DNA of 64,000 bases from Candidatus Dormiibacterota bacterium (GTDB taxonomy: Bacteria; Chloroflexota; Dormibacteria; Aeolococcales; Aeolococcaceae): the NCBI GenBank assembly GCA_963718525.1, contig OY970355.1, positions 192,001 to 256,000 of the forward strand. The letters are read 5' to 3'. The notes beneath the pieces are model-generated. The model searched no databases. It was not told where the DNA came from and was given only the letters and a program-made list of their open reading frames with translations. Below are positions 9,345 to 19,100 of this stretch, one piece after another. A program made the translations under genes and the position numbers. Within the stretch, counting starts at the first letter, position 1; every line of letters starts with the position of its first letter.

Positions 9345-11078
9345 GTGTTTCGCGCGACGATTGACGGCGCATTCTGGCGAAGTCGCGGCGTTGTCATTGG
9401 GACGGTCGCGGCTGCGTATCTCGTCCTTTCAGTGCTGGTCTGCATCAATGCCTGGCGCGCTCCGTCGGCGATCTACATCGGAGAAGGACCTGACCCGGTC
9501 GGCCAGATGTGGGGTATCGCATGGGTGCCGTACGCGGTCGGCCACGCGCTGAATCCGCTGTACACGCACTTCCTCAATCAGCCGGCAGGCACCGACATCC
9601 TGTGGAACACCCCAACGGCGGTGCCGGTCATGGTGCTCTGGCCGGTCACCGCGCTCTTCGGTGCGATGGTCACCTACAACCTCGTGATGACGCTGAGCCT
9701 CGCCCTGGCGTCGTTCTTCGCGTTTCTCGCCATCCGGCGATGGGTGCCCGGTAGCAGCGTCGCCGCCGCGGTTGGCGGACTCCTCTACGGGTTCTCGCCA
9801 TACATGACCGGTCAGCTGCTCGGTCACTACAACCTCGTGCTCTCCGGAGTGACGCCGCCGCTCGCGCTGATGCTCGCTGACGAGATCCTCGTCCGGCAGC
9901 GCTACCGGCCGCGCACGCTGGGGCTGCTCGCCGCGCTCCTCGCCGTCGTGCAGTACTTCATCGCTCAGGAGTTCCTGCTCACCGAGGCGATCGTGGCCGT
10001 CATTCTCGGCGTCGTTCTCGCGGTCACGCATCGTGATGCCGTCCGCAGCCACCTTGGGTTTGTCGGTCGCAGCATCGCCTGGGCGATTCCTCCAACAGCG
10101 CTGTTGCTTGCGTACCCGATATGGCTGCAGTTCCTCGGGCCTGATCATGTCTTCGCGAGCACCGCCATCCACGGCACCGACATCTACGTCACCGATCCCA
10201 CCAACTTCGTCGTGCCGACAGTTGCGCAGCTGATCGCGCCGCCAGTCGCGACCAGCATCTCTTCGCATTTCAGCGGCAACGCCTCGGAATGGGACGCGTA
10301 CCTCGGGATACCGCTCATCCTGTTGCTGGCCCTGGCGACGGTGCGCTTCTGGCGTGTTCCGCAGATCAGGACAGCGGGAGTCCTCGCTGTGGTCATCGCG
10401 GTGCTCTCGCTCGGTCCGCACATCAATGTGCATGGCCACCCGCTGCTGGCGCTGCCACTGCCGTGGTGGATCCCAGCGCACCTACCGGTGCTTGACGACA
10501 TCCTTCCCAATCGTCTGATGGTCTATGTCGACCTTGCAGCGGCGATCATCGTGGCGTTCACCCTGCGCATGCTGTGGCTCATGCGGTCAAGGCCGATGTT
10601 GAACGTCGCCGTTGCAGCCGTCGTCCTGCTCCCACTGGTGCCGACGCTGCCCGCGCAGACCACGCCCCTCACCACCCCCGCAGCGTTCGCCTCCGCCGCA
10701 CCTGCTGCGATCGCTCCGGGGGCAACGGTGCTCTTCGAACCGTTGCCGAGCAGCGACTATCCCCATGCGATGCAGTGGCAGGTCAGCTCCAGGTTCACCT
10801 TCGCGATGATCGGTGGATACATCGCGGGTCCGTACGCACCGGGTGTCGGCACGCTGCAGGAACGCATCCACTCGATTGCGGCGGCGCCGCAGGCGACCCT
10901 CTCGGAGACTGACCGCGTCGACATCCTGCAGCGACTGTTCTCGCTCGGAGTCAACGACATCGTCGTCGGGAGTGGTGCGAGCCCGGGCACGGTATCGCTG
11001 TTCACGCAGGTGTTCCATGCGCCGCCGGCCGAGTTCGACGGGTTCCTTCTCTGGCAGGTGGGCGTGTACCACGGGTGA
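9345..11078 (+). CDS. Polytopic membrane protein, probable GT-C glycosyltransferase
   Basis: GPDP..W, YN...LSLAL, LYGFSPY, YLG, SLGP, PNR and MQWQ motifs; about 12 TM. Confidence 0.6.
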   Translation: MFRATIDGAFWRSRGVVIGTVAAAYLVLSVLVCINAWRAPSAIYIGEGPDPVGQMWGIAWVPYAVGHALNPLYTHFLNQPAGTDILWNTPTAVPVMVLWPVTALFGAMVTYNLVMTLSLALASFFAFLAIRRWVPGSSVAAAVGGLLYGFSPYMTGQLLGHYNLVLSGVTPPLALMLADEILVRQRYRPRTLGLLAALLAVVQYFIAQEFLLTEAIVAVILGVVLAVTHRDAVRSHLGFVGRSIAWAIPPTALLLAYPIWLQFLGPDHVFASTAIHGTDIYVTDPTNFVVPTVAQLIAPPVATSISSHFSGNASEWDAYLGIPLILLLALATVRFWRVPQIRTAGVLAVVIAVLSLGPHINVHGHPLLALPLPWWIPAHLPVLDDILPNRLMVYVDLAAAIIVAFTLRMLWLMRSRPMLNVAVAAVVLLPLVPTLPAQTTPLTTPAAFASAAPAAIAPGATVLFEPLPSSDYPHAMQWQVSSRFTFAMIGGYIAGPYAPGVGTLQERIHSIAAAPQATLSETDRVDILQRLFSLGVNDIVVGSGASPGTVSLFTQVFHAPPAEFDGFLLWQVGVYHG

Positions 11079-11142
11079 CCGCGCGACGCCGATCGAGTGA
11101 CAACCGGTGACCAGCACCCGCCTTCGCGCCTATTCTTTGCCC

Positions 11143-12678
11143 GTGACTCCCGAACGGCCGCGTGGCGGCGCGCCAGTCGTCAGCGTCGTCGTCCCGACGC
11201 GCAATGAGGTCAACAACGTCAGGCCGCTGGTCGAGCGAGTCACGGCCGCACTCGCCGCCACGCCGTTCGAGATCTGCTTTGTCGACGACAGCGACGATGC
11301 GACCGCCGATCTGCTGCTGGATCTCGCCTCGTCGAACCCCTCGGTCCGCGCGCTGCTGCGCCAGGGGGCCGACCGCAAAGGCGGGCTGAGCACCGCCGTC
11401 GTCGCCGGGCTGCACATGGCGCGGGGGCGGTACGTCTGCGTTATGGATGCCGATCTGCAGCATCCGCCGGAGCTCATCCCGGTGCTGCTCGCCGAGGCCG
11501 ATCGCGGCGCGGATCTCGTCATCGCGAGCCGCTACGCGCCCGGAGGGAGTCACGAAGGTCTGGGTACGCCCGTGCGCCGCCTGGTGAGCCGCGAGGCCAC
11601 ATTCGTCGCCCGGATGCTGTTCAAGGAGGCGCGTCAGAGCTCGGATCCGCTCTCCGGGTATTTCCTCTGCCGGCGCGCGCTGATCGATGGCATCGAGTTC
11701 CGGCCCGTCGGCTTCAAGATCCTGCTCGAGCTCCTGGTGTGCGTCCCCGACCTGCGCGTCGTGGACGTCCCCGTCACGCAGGCGCCTCGGGCCGAGGGGG
11801 TGAGCAAGGCGACGGCGCGCCAGGGCCTCCTCTACCTCCGCCATCTCCGCTCGCTCTTCTTCGACGTCCCGGGGTCGGCACGTGTGTGGAAATTCGGGCT
11901 GGTTGGGCTCAGCGGGTTGTGCGTGTTCCTGCCGGTGCTGGCGATCCTCGCCGGGGTTGTACGCCTCAACCCGCTGGTCGCCTTCGTTCCCGCGTTCGGG
12001 CTGAGCGCCGCGTGGAACACCGCCATGAACTGGCGGCTCACCTTCGGCGACCAGCGCCGCGGCGGGCGCGGGTCCCGTCACTACCTCGAATTCGCGCTCC
12101 TCAGCGGGTGCGTCATGTTCTGCGTTTTCGCCGTGCTGATCGACATCTGGGTTCCCAGCGTGGTCGCGGGCCTCGCCGCCGCCCTCGTCGCGATGCTCCT
12201 GAACGGGCTTGTCAACCGGGCGCACCTGCACCACACCCCATCCATGTGGGCATCGGTGGCGATCGACCACGGCGTCCAGGGCGGTCTCGCCCGCCTCGCT
12301 GACGAGGTGGGCGCCGACCGCGCCTATCTGCTCCCTGCTCGCGGCGACGCGTCGTCCGGGCTGCCCGAGGGTCTGGTTGCCCACGTCATCGCCCACCGGC
12401 GACCGGTCCTGATCACCGAGGCGGCGTCATACCGGGCGCAGCGGCGGTCCAACATCGAGACGGCGTCGCGAATGCTGCTTCCGGTGGTTCGCGGGGACCA
12501 GGTCGCGGCGGTCGTCGTATGCGAGCGTTTCGCCCCCGGCGGGTTCGAGGCAGCGGCGCTCGAGACCGCCACACTCGCGGTGGCGGCGATCGAGCCGCTG
12601 CTCACCGCTGCTTCGAGCGACCAGCCGGAACGATCCGAGGTTGCTCCGGCGCGAACCGCGCCCGGAGCGGCGAGGTAG
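11143..12678 (+). CDS. Polyprenol-phosphate mannose synthase-like GT2 fused to GtrA-like and GAF-like domains
   Basis: VSVVVPTRNE, FVDDSDD, MDADLQHPPE, DPLSGYF, GFKILLE; then WKFGLVG with 4 TM (GtrA-like); then a C-terminal soluble region 'GADRAYLL...LLPVVRGDQVAAVVVCER...F'. Start at the GTG 6 nt after TATTCT (ORF track gives 11107). Confidence 0.8.
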   Translation: MTPERPRGGAPVVSVVVPTRNEVNNVRPLVERVTAALAATPFEICFVDDSDDATADLLLDLASSNPSVRALLRQGADRKGGLSTAVVAGLHMARGRYVCVMDADLQHPPELIPVLLAEADRGADLVIASRYAPGGSHEGLGTPVRRLVSREATFVARMLFKEARQSSDPLSGYFLCRRALIDGIEFRPVGFKILLELLVCVPDLRVVDVPVTQAPRAEGVSKATARQGLLYLRHLRSLFFDVPGSARVWKFGLVGLSGLCVFLPVLAILAGVVRLNPLVAFVPAFGLSAAWNTAMNWRLTFGDQRRGGRGSRHYLEFALLSGCVMFCVFAVLIDIWVPSVVAGLAAALVAMLLNGLVNRAHLHHTPSMWASVAIDHGVQGGLARLADEVGADRAYLLPARGDASSGLPEGLVAHVIAHRRPVLITEAASYRAQRRSNIETASRMLLPVVRGDQVAAVVVCERFAPGGFEAAALETATLAVAAIEPLLTAASSDQPERSEVAPARTAPGAAR

Positions 12679-12764
12679 TTCGAACGGCGGCGGGGGCGCT
12701 CGTCTCCGCACGCGATCGTGTCCTGGCTCGCCGGCGAGACGCCGGACGCCCGGCCCTGTGCTTC

Positions 12765-13298
12765 GTGGGCATCGTTGCTGCCTGCGCGCTGCGCGCCGCC
12801 GCCGGCTCGCCGGACGCCGCCGCATCCATGCCGGCCGGCGTCGTGTTCGCGATCGCGCTCCTGGCGGTGGCGATTGCCGCCGGGTGGCGTCCCGGCCGGC
12901 CGGGACTGACGGCGGCCGGGCTCGGCATTGCCGGAGGTGGGGCGCTGATCGGCGCATGGCTGCTCTCACGCGGCTCGTTCGGCGTCCATCTCGCGCCGCT
13001 CAATGCTGGGCTCGCCCTCTGGACTCCCGTGGTGGCGCTGGTTGCGGTGGCCGAGGAGATCGCCATCCGCGGAGCGCTGTTCACCCTGCTCGCCGCCCGG
13101 TACGGTGATGGCGGAGCCCTGGTCGTGACCGCCCTGCTGTTCGCGGCGATGCACGTTCCGCTGTATGGGATGGGATCGCTCCCGCTGGACCTCGCGGCCG
13201 GACTGCTCCTGGGAGGTCTCCGGATCGTGAGTCGCGGGGTCCTGGCGCCGGCCCTCGCGCACGTCATCGCCGACCTGGCCGGCGGGTGGTTGCTGTGA
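12765..13298 (+). CDS. CPBP-family (Abi/CAAX) intramembrane metalloprotease; start uncertain
   Basis: AEEIAIRG, FAAMH and AH...D motifs. Confidence 0.8.
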   Translation: MGIVAACALRAAAGSPDAAASMPAGVVFAIALLAVAIAAGWRPGRPGLTAAGLGIAGGGALIGAWLLSRGSFGVHLAPLNAGLALWTPVVALVAVAEEIAIRGALFTLLAARYGDGGALVVTALLFAAMHVPLYGMGSLPLDLAAGLLLGGLRIVSRGVLAPALAHVIADLAGGWLL

Positions 13299-13996
13299 GC
13301 AGGCGCCGCGGGTGGGTCGTGATCGTCGTGTCGATCGTCGCGCTGACACTGGTCTGGCGGTTCCTCCCGACCGGTTCGCCGCCGATCTACGACGGGCAGT
13401 GCATCGCCAACCCCTACGAGACGCTCGGTGACAGTCCCGCCCCGCAGCCGGCGACCAAAACGTTCCCCGCCGCCAAGACCTTTCCCCCGTCGGAGGTGCT
13501 GACCGGCGAGACGCCGCCGCAGGCGCAGATCCTCATGGAGGCAGCCACATTCGACAACTCGACGCCGGTGACGGTGAGCGTCACGCCGATTCCGGCGCCG
13601 GGCGTCAAACCACCCAACGGAACCATCGAAGGCAACGTGTATCGGTTCTCGGCGGTGAGCGCTTCGGGCACCCCGCTCGAACCCTCGCCGTCACTCCCGG
13701 TGTTCATCATCCTGCGGGGGCTGACATCGTCACCGGCGCCCACCATCGATCGATTCAACGGGACGTCGTGGACACCGATCTCCACCCTCAACGCCGGTTG
13801 CGGCAACACGTTTGAGGTCACCTCACCTCAGCTCGGTGAGTTCGCCGCCGTGAAGCCGGGGTCGGCCGCACAGGCACCGCAGCCCCCGGGCGGTGGCATC
13901 CCCGCGGCGGCAATCGTCGGCGGCCTCGCGCTACTCCTGATCATCTCGGTCGTCGTGCTCTTCAGCCTCGACCGCAGGCGCGGCGCCACTCGCTGA
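13295..13996 (+). CDS. Exported protein with N-terminal TM/signal and C-terminal TM anchor
   Basis: SRRR plus a hydrophobic N-terminus; P/S/T-rich body; C-terminal TM followed by DRRRGATR; GTGA overlap with the CPBP gene. Confidence 0.65.
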   Translation: MSRRRGWVVIVVSIVALTLVWRFLPTGSPPIYDGQCIANPYETLGDSPAPQPATKTFPAAKTFPPSEVLTGETPPQAQILMEAATFDNSTPVTVSVTPIPAPGVKPPNGTIEGNVYRFSAVSASGTPLEPSPSLPVFIILRGLTSSPAPTIDRFNGTSWTPISTLNAGCGNTFEVTSPQLGEFAAVKPGSAAQAPQPPGGGIPAAAIVGGLALLLIISVVVLFSLDRRRGATR

Positions 13997-14016
13997 CCGG
14001 CGCACCCGGCGAATCG

Positions 14017-14850
14017 TCAGGTGCGAAGTCGCGGTGATCCGAGCCAGCTCTCCATCTCGATCAGCCAGCGTTCCCCGGGAGGGCCCATGCCGGCGCCCGG
14101 CACGCCGAGGCGCTGCAGCACGCTGCGCCGCCCGCCGAGCCGGACGGTCAGGTGGTGGGGCAGTGACGCGAGGTCCTGTGCCGTCTCGAGCGCAGTGTCC
14201 TGATCTTCGGCAAGGGCATCGACGAGTTCAAGCTCGATCGCCCGGGTGCCGAGCCAGACCTCACCGGTGGTCACACGCGCGAGCCGTTCGTCGTCGAAGC
14301 CGCGAGCAGCTCGCACCGCCGACGTGAAGCGCCGGAAGATCGCGTCGACGAGCTCGCGCTCATGCGCCTCGTCCTCCGAGGTGGGTTCGCGCCACGGCGC
14401 GCCCAGGTCCTTGAACGGCCCGGTCTTGGTGACTTGGATCCGCGCGCCGGCGCGGCGGAGTGCGTCCACCAGCACCGGGCGGACGCTGATGACGCCGATG
14501 GAACCGACCAGCGCGCTGGGAAATGCGAGCACGCGCGTAGCGGCGCACGCCAGAAAGTACGCGCCGGACGCTCCGACGCCCTTGATCCATGCGACCACCG
14601 GCTTGCGCGCCGCGAGCCGGCGCACGGCGACGTAGAGCTGCTCCGAGGCGATGGCGGTCCCGCCCGGCGAGTCGATCTCGAGGAGGACTGCGCGGATCCT
14701 CGCATTCCGCCGTGCCTGACCGAGCGTGTGGATCAGATCGTCGGTGCGTGTCGCGCCACCGATGGCGCCGCGGACCTGTACGACGGCGATCCGCCTGCGG
14801 TCGGTGATGCCGGCGAGGCGCTCGGACAGACCGCCTTCGGAGATCACCAC
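14017..14850 (-). CDS. sppA: Signal peptide peptidase SppA (S49)
   Basis: IDSPGG, KPVVA, ASGAY, GSIGV, TGPFKD, TGEVWLG. Confidence 0.88.
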   Translation of the reverse strand: MVISEGGLSERLAGITDRRRIAVVQVRGAIGGATRTDDLIHTLGQARRNARIRAVLLEIDSPGGTAIASEQLYVAVRRLAARKPVVAWIKGVGASGAYFLACAATRVLAFPSALVGSIGVISVRPVLVDALRRAGARIQVTKTGPFKDLGAPWREPTSEDEAHERELVDAIFRRFTSAVRAARGFDDERLARVTTGEVWLGTRAIELELVDALAEDQDTALETAQDLASLPHHLTVRLGGRRSVLQRLGVPGAGMGPPGERWLIEMESWLGSPRLRT

Positions 14851-14917
14851 TGCATGCTAGTCGGCCCGCACTCCCCGGTGGTCAAGCCCTCGTGATCACA
14901 GGCCGGGCGGAGTCCCG

Positions 14918-15994
14918 TCAGTGCTCGCCCGCACCACGCGCAGCCAACGCCTCGCGCAGCGTCGCGGTCACGGTCTGGCCGCTGACGTCCACCACCAATC
15001 CGATGGTGTCGCCGTCATCCCAGCCGCACAGTGCCACCGCCGTGAGCGGCGCCGGCCCGGTCGCGGGAGAGCACATGAAGTCGCTCCCACCGGTCGTTGT
15101 GTTGAGCGTCTTGGCGCTGTTCACGGTCACGCCCTGCGACTTGAGCCCATTGCTGAAGTCGGTGAAGAACTGATTGGTGCTCTTCTCGATGTTCGGCCCC
15201 TGCGCGAGCAATACCACCAGCGTCGGGCGTCCGGCGTCGCCGTAGACGCCGCTGACGACATGGGTGGCGCCGTAGGCCTGCATGACCTTCTCCATCTGCT
15301 GAGTCACCGCCGTCGCCGCCGGCGTGTGAATCGCGGTGAGCGTGCCGATCGCTGACGGTGCCGTGATGGTGTGAGCGGGATGCGCAGGTCCGACAAACCA
15401 TTCGTAGCCGGCGAACCCCAGGATGCCCACGAGGATCACGGAGAGCACGATTCCAAGCTGCTGCCGGCCGGAGAGGTGCCGGCTTCTCGGAGCCGCGGGC
15501 ACCGTCCATCCAGATCTATCTCGGTCGGCATTGGGGAGCGGTCTCGTCTGCCAGGCGGGGGCATCCGTCTCGGCGCGGCCTCGGTTCGACACGAGCGCTT
15601 CGTCGCGGCTGCGGATGTTCCACCCGCTGCCGCCGGGGCTCGTCGGACCGCCAATGTCAAGGGGCTCGGGACGGACGCCGATGCCCGGTGTCGAGAGCCG
15701 CTGCTGACCGACGCCGAGTGAGGCCGGCACGGCTTCGAAGGCGGGCAGCTTGGATGGAGGTCCCTGCGCCGGCGGTGGGGGCACGAGCGGCGACGTCTTG
15801 AGGGTTCGCGGGTCGGGCGTCATGCGCGGCAGGGGTACCCGAGGGGCGGCCTCGAAGGCGAGGTTGGGGCCACCCGTCTCCCGCGCCGGTTCGCGGGGCG
15901 CAGGGGCGCGTTCGAAGTGCGCCGGGTCCTGAACCTTCTTGAATGAGAGGGGAGTTCCGCCGCCCTCCCCGTTGTGCTCGGTCATCGTCTCCAT
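14918..15994 (-). CDS. Hypothetical bitopic membrane protein
   Basis: Pro-rich N-terminal half, one TM (LGIVLSVILVGILGFAGY), C-terminal domain with two Cys (FMCS, LCGWDD). Confidence 0.6.
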   Translation of the reverse strand: METMTEHNGEGGGTPLSFKKVQDPAHFERAPAPREPARETGGPNLAFEAAPRVPLPRMTPDPRTLKTSPLVPPPPAQGPPSKLPAFEAVPASLGVGQQRLSTPGIGVRPEPLDIGGPTSPGGSGWNIRSRDEALVSNRGRAETDAPAWQTRPLPNADRDRSGWTVPAAPRSRHLSGRQQLGIVLSVILVGILGFAGYEWFVGPAHPAHTITAPSAIGTLTAIHTPAATAVTQQMEKVMQAYGATHVVSGVYGDAGRPTLVVLLAQGPNIEKSTNQFFTDFSNGLKSQGVTVNSAKTLNTTTGGSDFMCSPATGPAPLTAVALCGWDDGDTIGLVVDVSGQTVTATLREALAARGAGEH

Positions 15995-16131
15995 CCCGCG
16001 TAACGCGCGGCGTAGCAATTCGAGATGCCCGCAGCCTATGACGGCGGTCCGGCGGAGCACGGGGTATGTCAGGGCACTGCTGCCGGAGTGTCACGGATGT
16101 GTCACGACGTGTGGCGACCCGATTCGGCACG

Positions 16132-19100
16132 TCAGCGGTAGTCGTGGGAACCGGGAACACCGGTCGCCGAGGACCTTGGCCCAGGGCGTGTGATCGGGGT
16201 GCCGTCGGGCGTGAGCGCCGTCACGGCCTCGACGAGCACGTTGACCCGCCCGTGCTCGACCTGAAGCCTGCCGTCGACCATGAGCAGGGGATGCCGGCTC
16301 ACCTCAAGGGTCCGCTGCACCACCGGGGGACGGAAGACCAGGTCGAGGTGGGCATCCTCGTCCGCCAGGGTGAAGAACCTGAAGCCACGAGCCGTCGACG
16401 GCTGCTGGCGTGTGATCACCAGGCCGGCGACGCGGATCCTCGTGCCGTCCACGAGATCGCGCACCTTGCCGAGCGGCACGCACCCGAGCGCGGTGAGCCG
16501 TTCGCGCATGAACGACACCAGGTGGGGGCCGGTACTCACCTCGGTGAGCGCGTACTCGGTGTTCACCCGGGTTCGCTCGTCCATCTCCGGCAGCGGCGGT
16601 GGCACTGCCGGGAGCGATACCAGGGACGGCACCGGGTCGGTGCTCGGATCGTGCGGTGCGTGCGGCGCATCGCCGAGTCGGTTGCCGGCGATCGCGCCAC
16701 TGCCCCGCGGAGGTCCGATCACCACCGCCGCGGCAACAATGGCCTGATCGGCCGGCGCGATGGTCGCGCGCCGGCGTTTTCGCGGGGGCAGCGACTCCTC
16801 GGTCTCTTTCAGTGTCCAGAGCAGCTGACGGCGCGACTTGCCGGCGGCCACGGCGTCAAAGGCGCCGACGCGGATGAGGTTCTCCATCGCAACGCGGGGC
16901 AGGAGCGTGTGCCTCCAGAACGCGGCGACCGAGGTGTTCGCCCCGGCCACCACCGCGTCATCGCACGCAGCCCGTGCGGACGGCCCCAACCCATGCACGT
17001 AGGCGAACCCAATCCGTATCCCGAACTCCGCCGGGCCAACAGCCTCGACGAGGCACCGCGCCCGGCTTGTGGTGACATCGACCGGCAGGATCTTGACCCC
17101 GTGCCGCTTGGCGTCGTCGACGAGGACCGACGGATGGTAGAAGCCCATGGGTTGGGCATTGAGCAGCGCGCATGTGTAATGCGCCGGGTAGGTCATGCGC
17201 AGCCATGCGGTCTCATATGCGGTGCGCGCGAACGCCGCGGCGTGTGATTTGCAGAAGCCGAATTCGGCGAAGCCGGCGACGCTCTTGAAGATCTGCTGCG
17301 CCACCGGCTCATCGAGGTCGTGCTCGACGCAGCGCCGGATGAAACCGTCACGGAGCTCCTCCATCTCCACGCGTGAGCGATGCCGGTTCATCGCACGCCG
17401 AAATCGATCCGCCTCCCCCGCGGTGTACGCGGCGATCTCCATGACGATGCGCAGGATCTGCTCCTGGTACAGGACCACCCCGCAGGTTTCAGCCAGGATC
17501 GGCTCTAACTTGGGGTGCAGATAGGTCACCGGCTCGAGTCCCTGACGGCGGCGGAGGTAGGGATGGACCGCGTCGCCCTGGATCGGACCGGGGCGGATGA
17601 TCGCCACCTGCACGATCAGATCGTTGAAACAGCGAGGCTGCGACTGCCACAACGATTGCTGCTGGGCACGCAACTCGATCTGGAAGAGTCCGATGGTGTC
17701 GACCTTGCAGATCACGTCGTAGACACGCTGGTCTTCCAGGGACAGCGCATCGAGATCGGGCCGCTGCCCCGTGGTCTGCTCGATGAGGTCGAGGCACTCC
17801 GCAATCGCCGACAGGGTTCGCAGCCCGAGCAGATCCATCTTGATGAGCCCGAGATCCTCGACGTCGTCCTTGTCGAACTGCACGACGACCCGTCCCGGCA
17901 TGGTTGCCCGTTCCACCGGCACCACATCGACGAGCGGCTCACCGGTGACGAGCATCCCGCCGACATGAATGCTCAGATGCCTGGGCGTGCCCTCGATGCG
18001 TCTGAGGATTTCGATGAATTGCTGCCACGCGCGGTTGGACACATCGACGATCGGTGACGTCGGCGTTGACACATCGACGCTCGCCTCGGGCGGTGCAGGC
18101 ACCACGAGGCCGGGTGGCGTTGCGGGGGGGCGCCGGCCCGGCGTGTTTACGGAAGCTGGGACGGAGGGGCCCCCGCGACGACAGGACCCGGCCGTCGTCG
18201 CATCCACCCCGGCAGACGCGAGTGTTGACTCCACGTCGGCCAGGTACCAGCTGTCGGTGTGCGTGCTGAGCTTGTCGACCACGGTCTCCGGGAAGCCCAT
18301 CGCTGCGCCCACCTGGCGGATCGCCATGCGTGGGCGGAAGGTCACGACGTTGGCGACCATTCCGGTGCGGTCGGGTCCGTATTTGTCGTAGACGTACTGG
18401 AGCACCTGCTCGCGATGGTCCGTGGAGAAGTCGATGTCGATGTCGGGCGTGCCCTGGTGATCCTCGTGCAGGAATCGCTCGAAGAGCAGGTCATGCGCAA
18501 CGGGATCGACACGCGTGATGCCGAGCAGGTAGGCGACGATCGAGTCCGCGGCACTGCCGCGTCCCTGCCCCGGGATGCCGTGCTCGCGGGCAAATCGCAT
18601 GATGTCCCAGGTGATCAGGAAGAACTCGGCAAGCCGGGTCTTCTCGATGACGTCGAGCTCGCGTTGCAACCGTGCGGCAACGGCGCGAGTCATGGGGTGG
18701 TACTTGCTCTGCACCGCCTCCTGGCAGAGCCGGTAGAGCACGGAGAAGGGCGTCTCCCCTTCGGGCACGGGATAGCCTGGGAAACGCACATCGCTGAAGT
18801 CGAGCGATACCTCACATGCGGCGGCGAGACGCATTGTGTTGTCGAACGCCTCGGGGAGGTCGGACAGCAGCACGCGAAGCTCCACCTCGCCATGCAGACG
18901 ATGCTCGCTGTTGGGCAGGAGCAGACCGTGCGCCGCAGCCTGGTCGAGGGTGGTGCGATGGCGGATCGCGGTGAGCACGTCGAGGAGCGGCTTGTCGGCG
19001 GCGGTCGCGTGATCCGGGGTGGCGCTCGCCAGCAGAGGAATGTCCGCCGCATGGGCGATCGCCGCGCATTCCGCGACCAGCCAGCGGTCAGCAGGATGCA

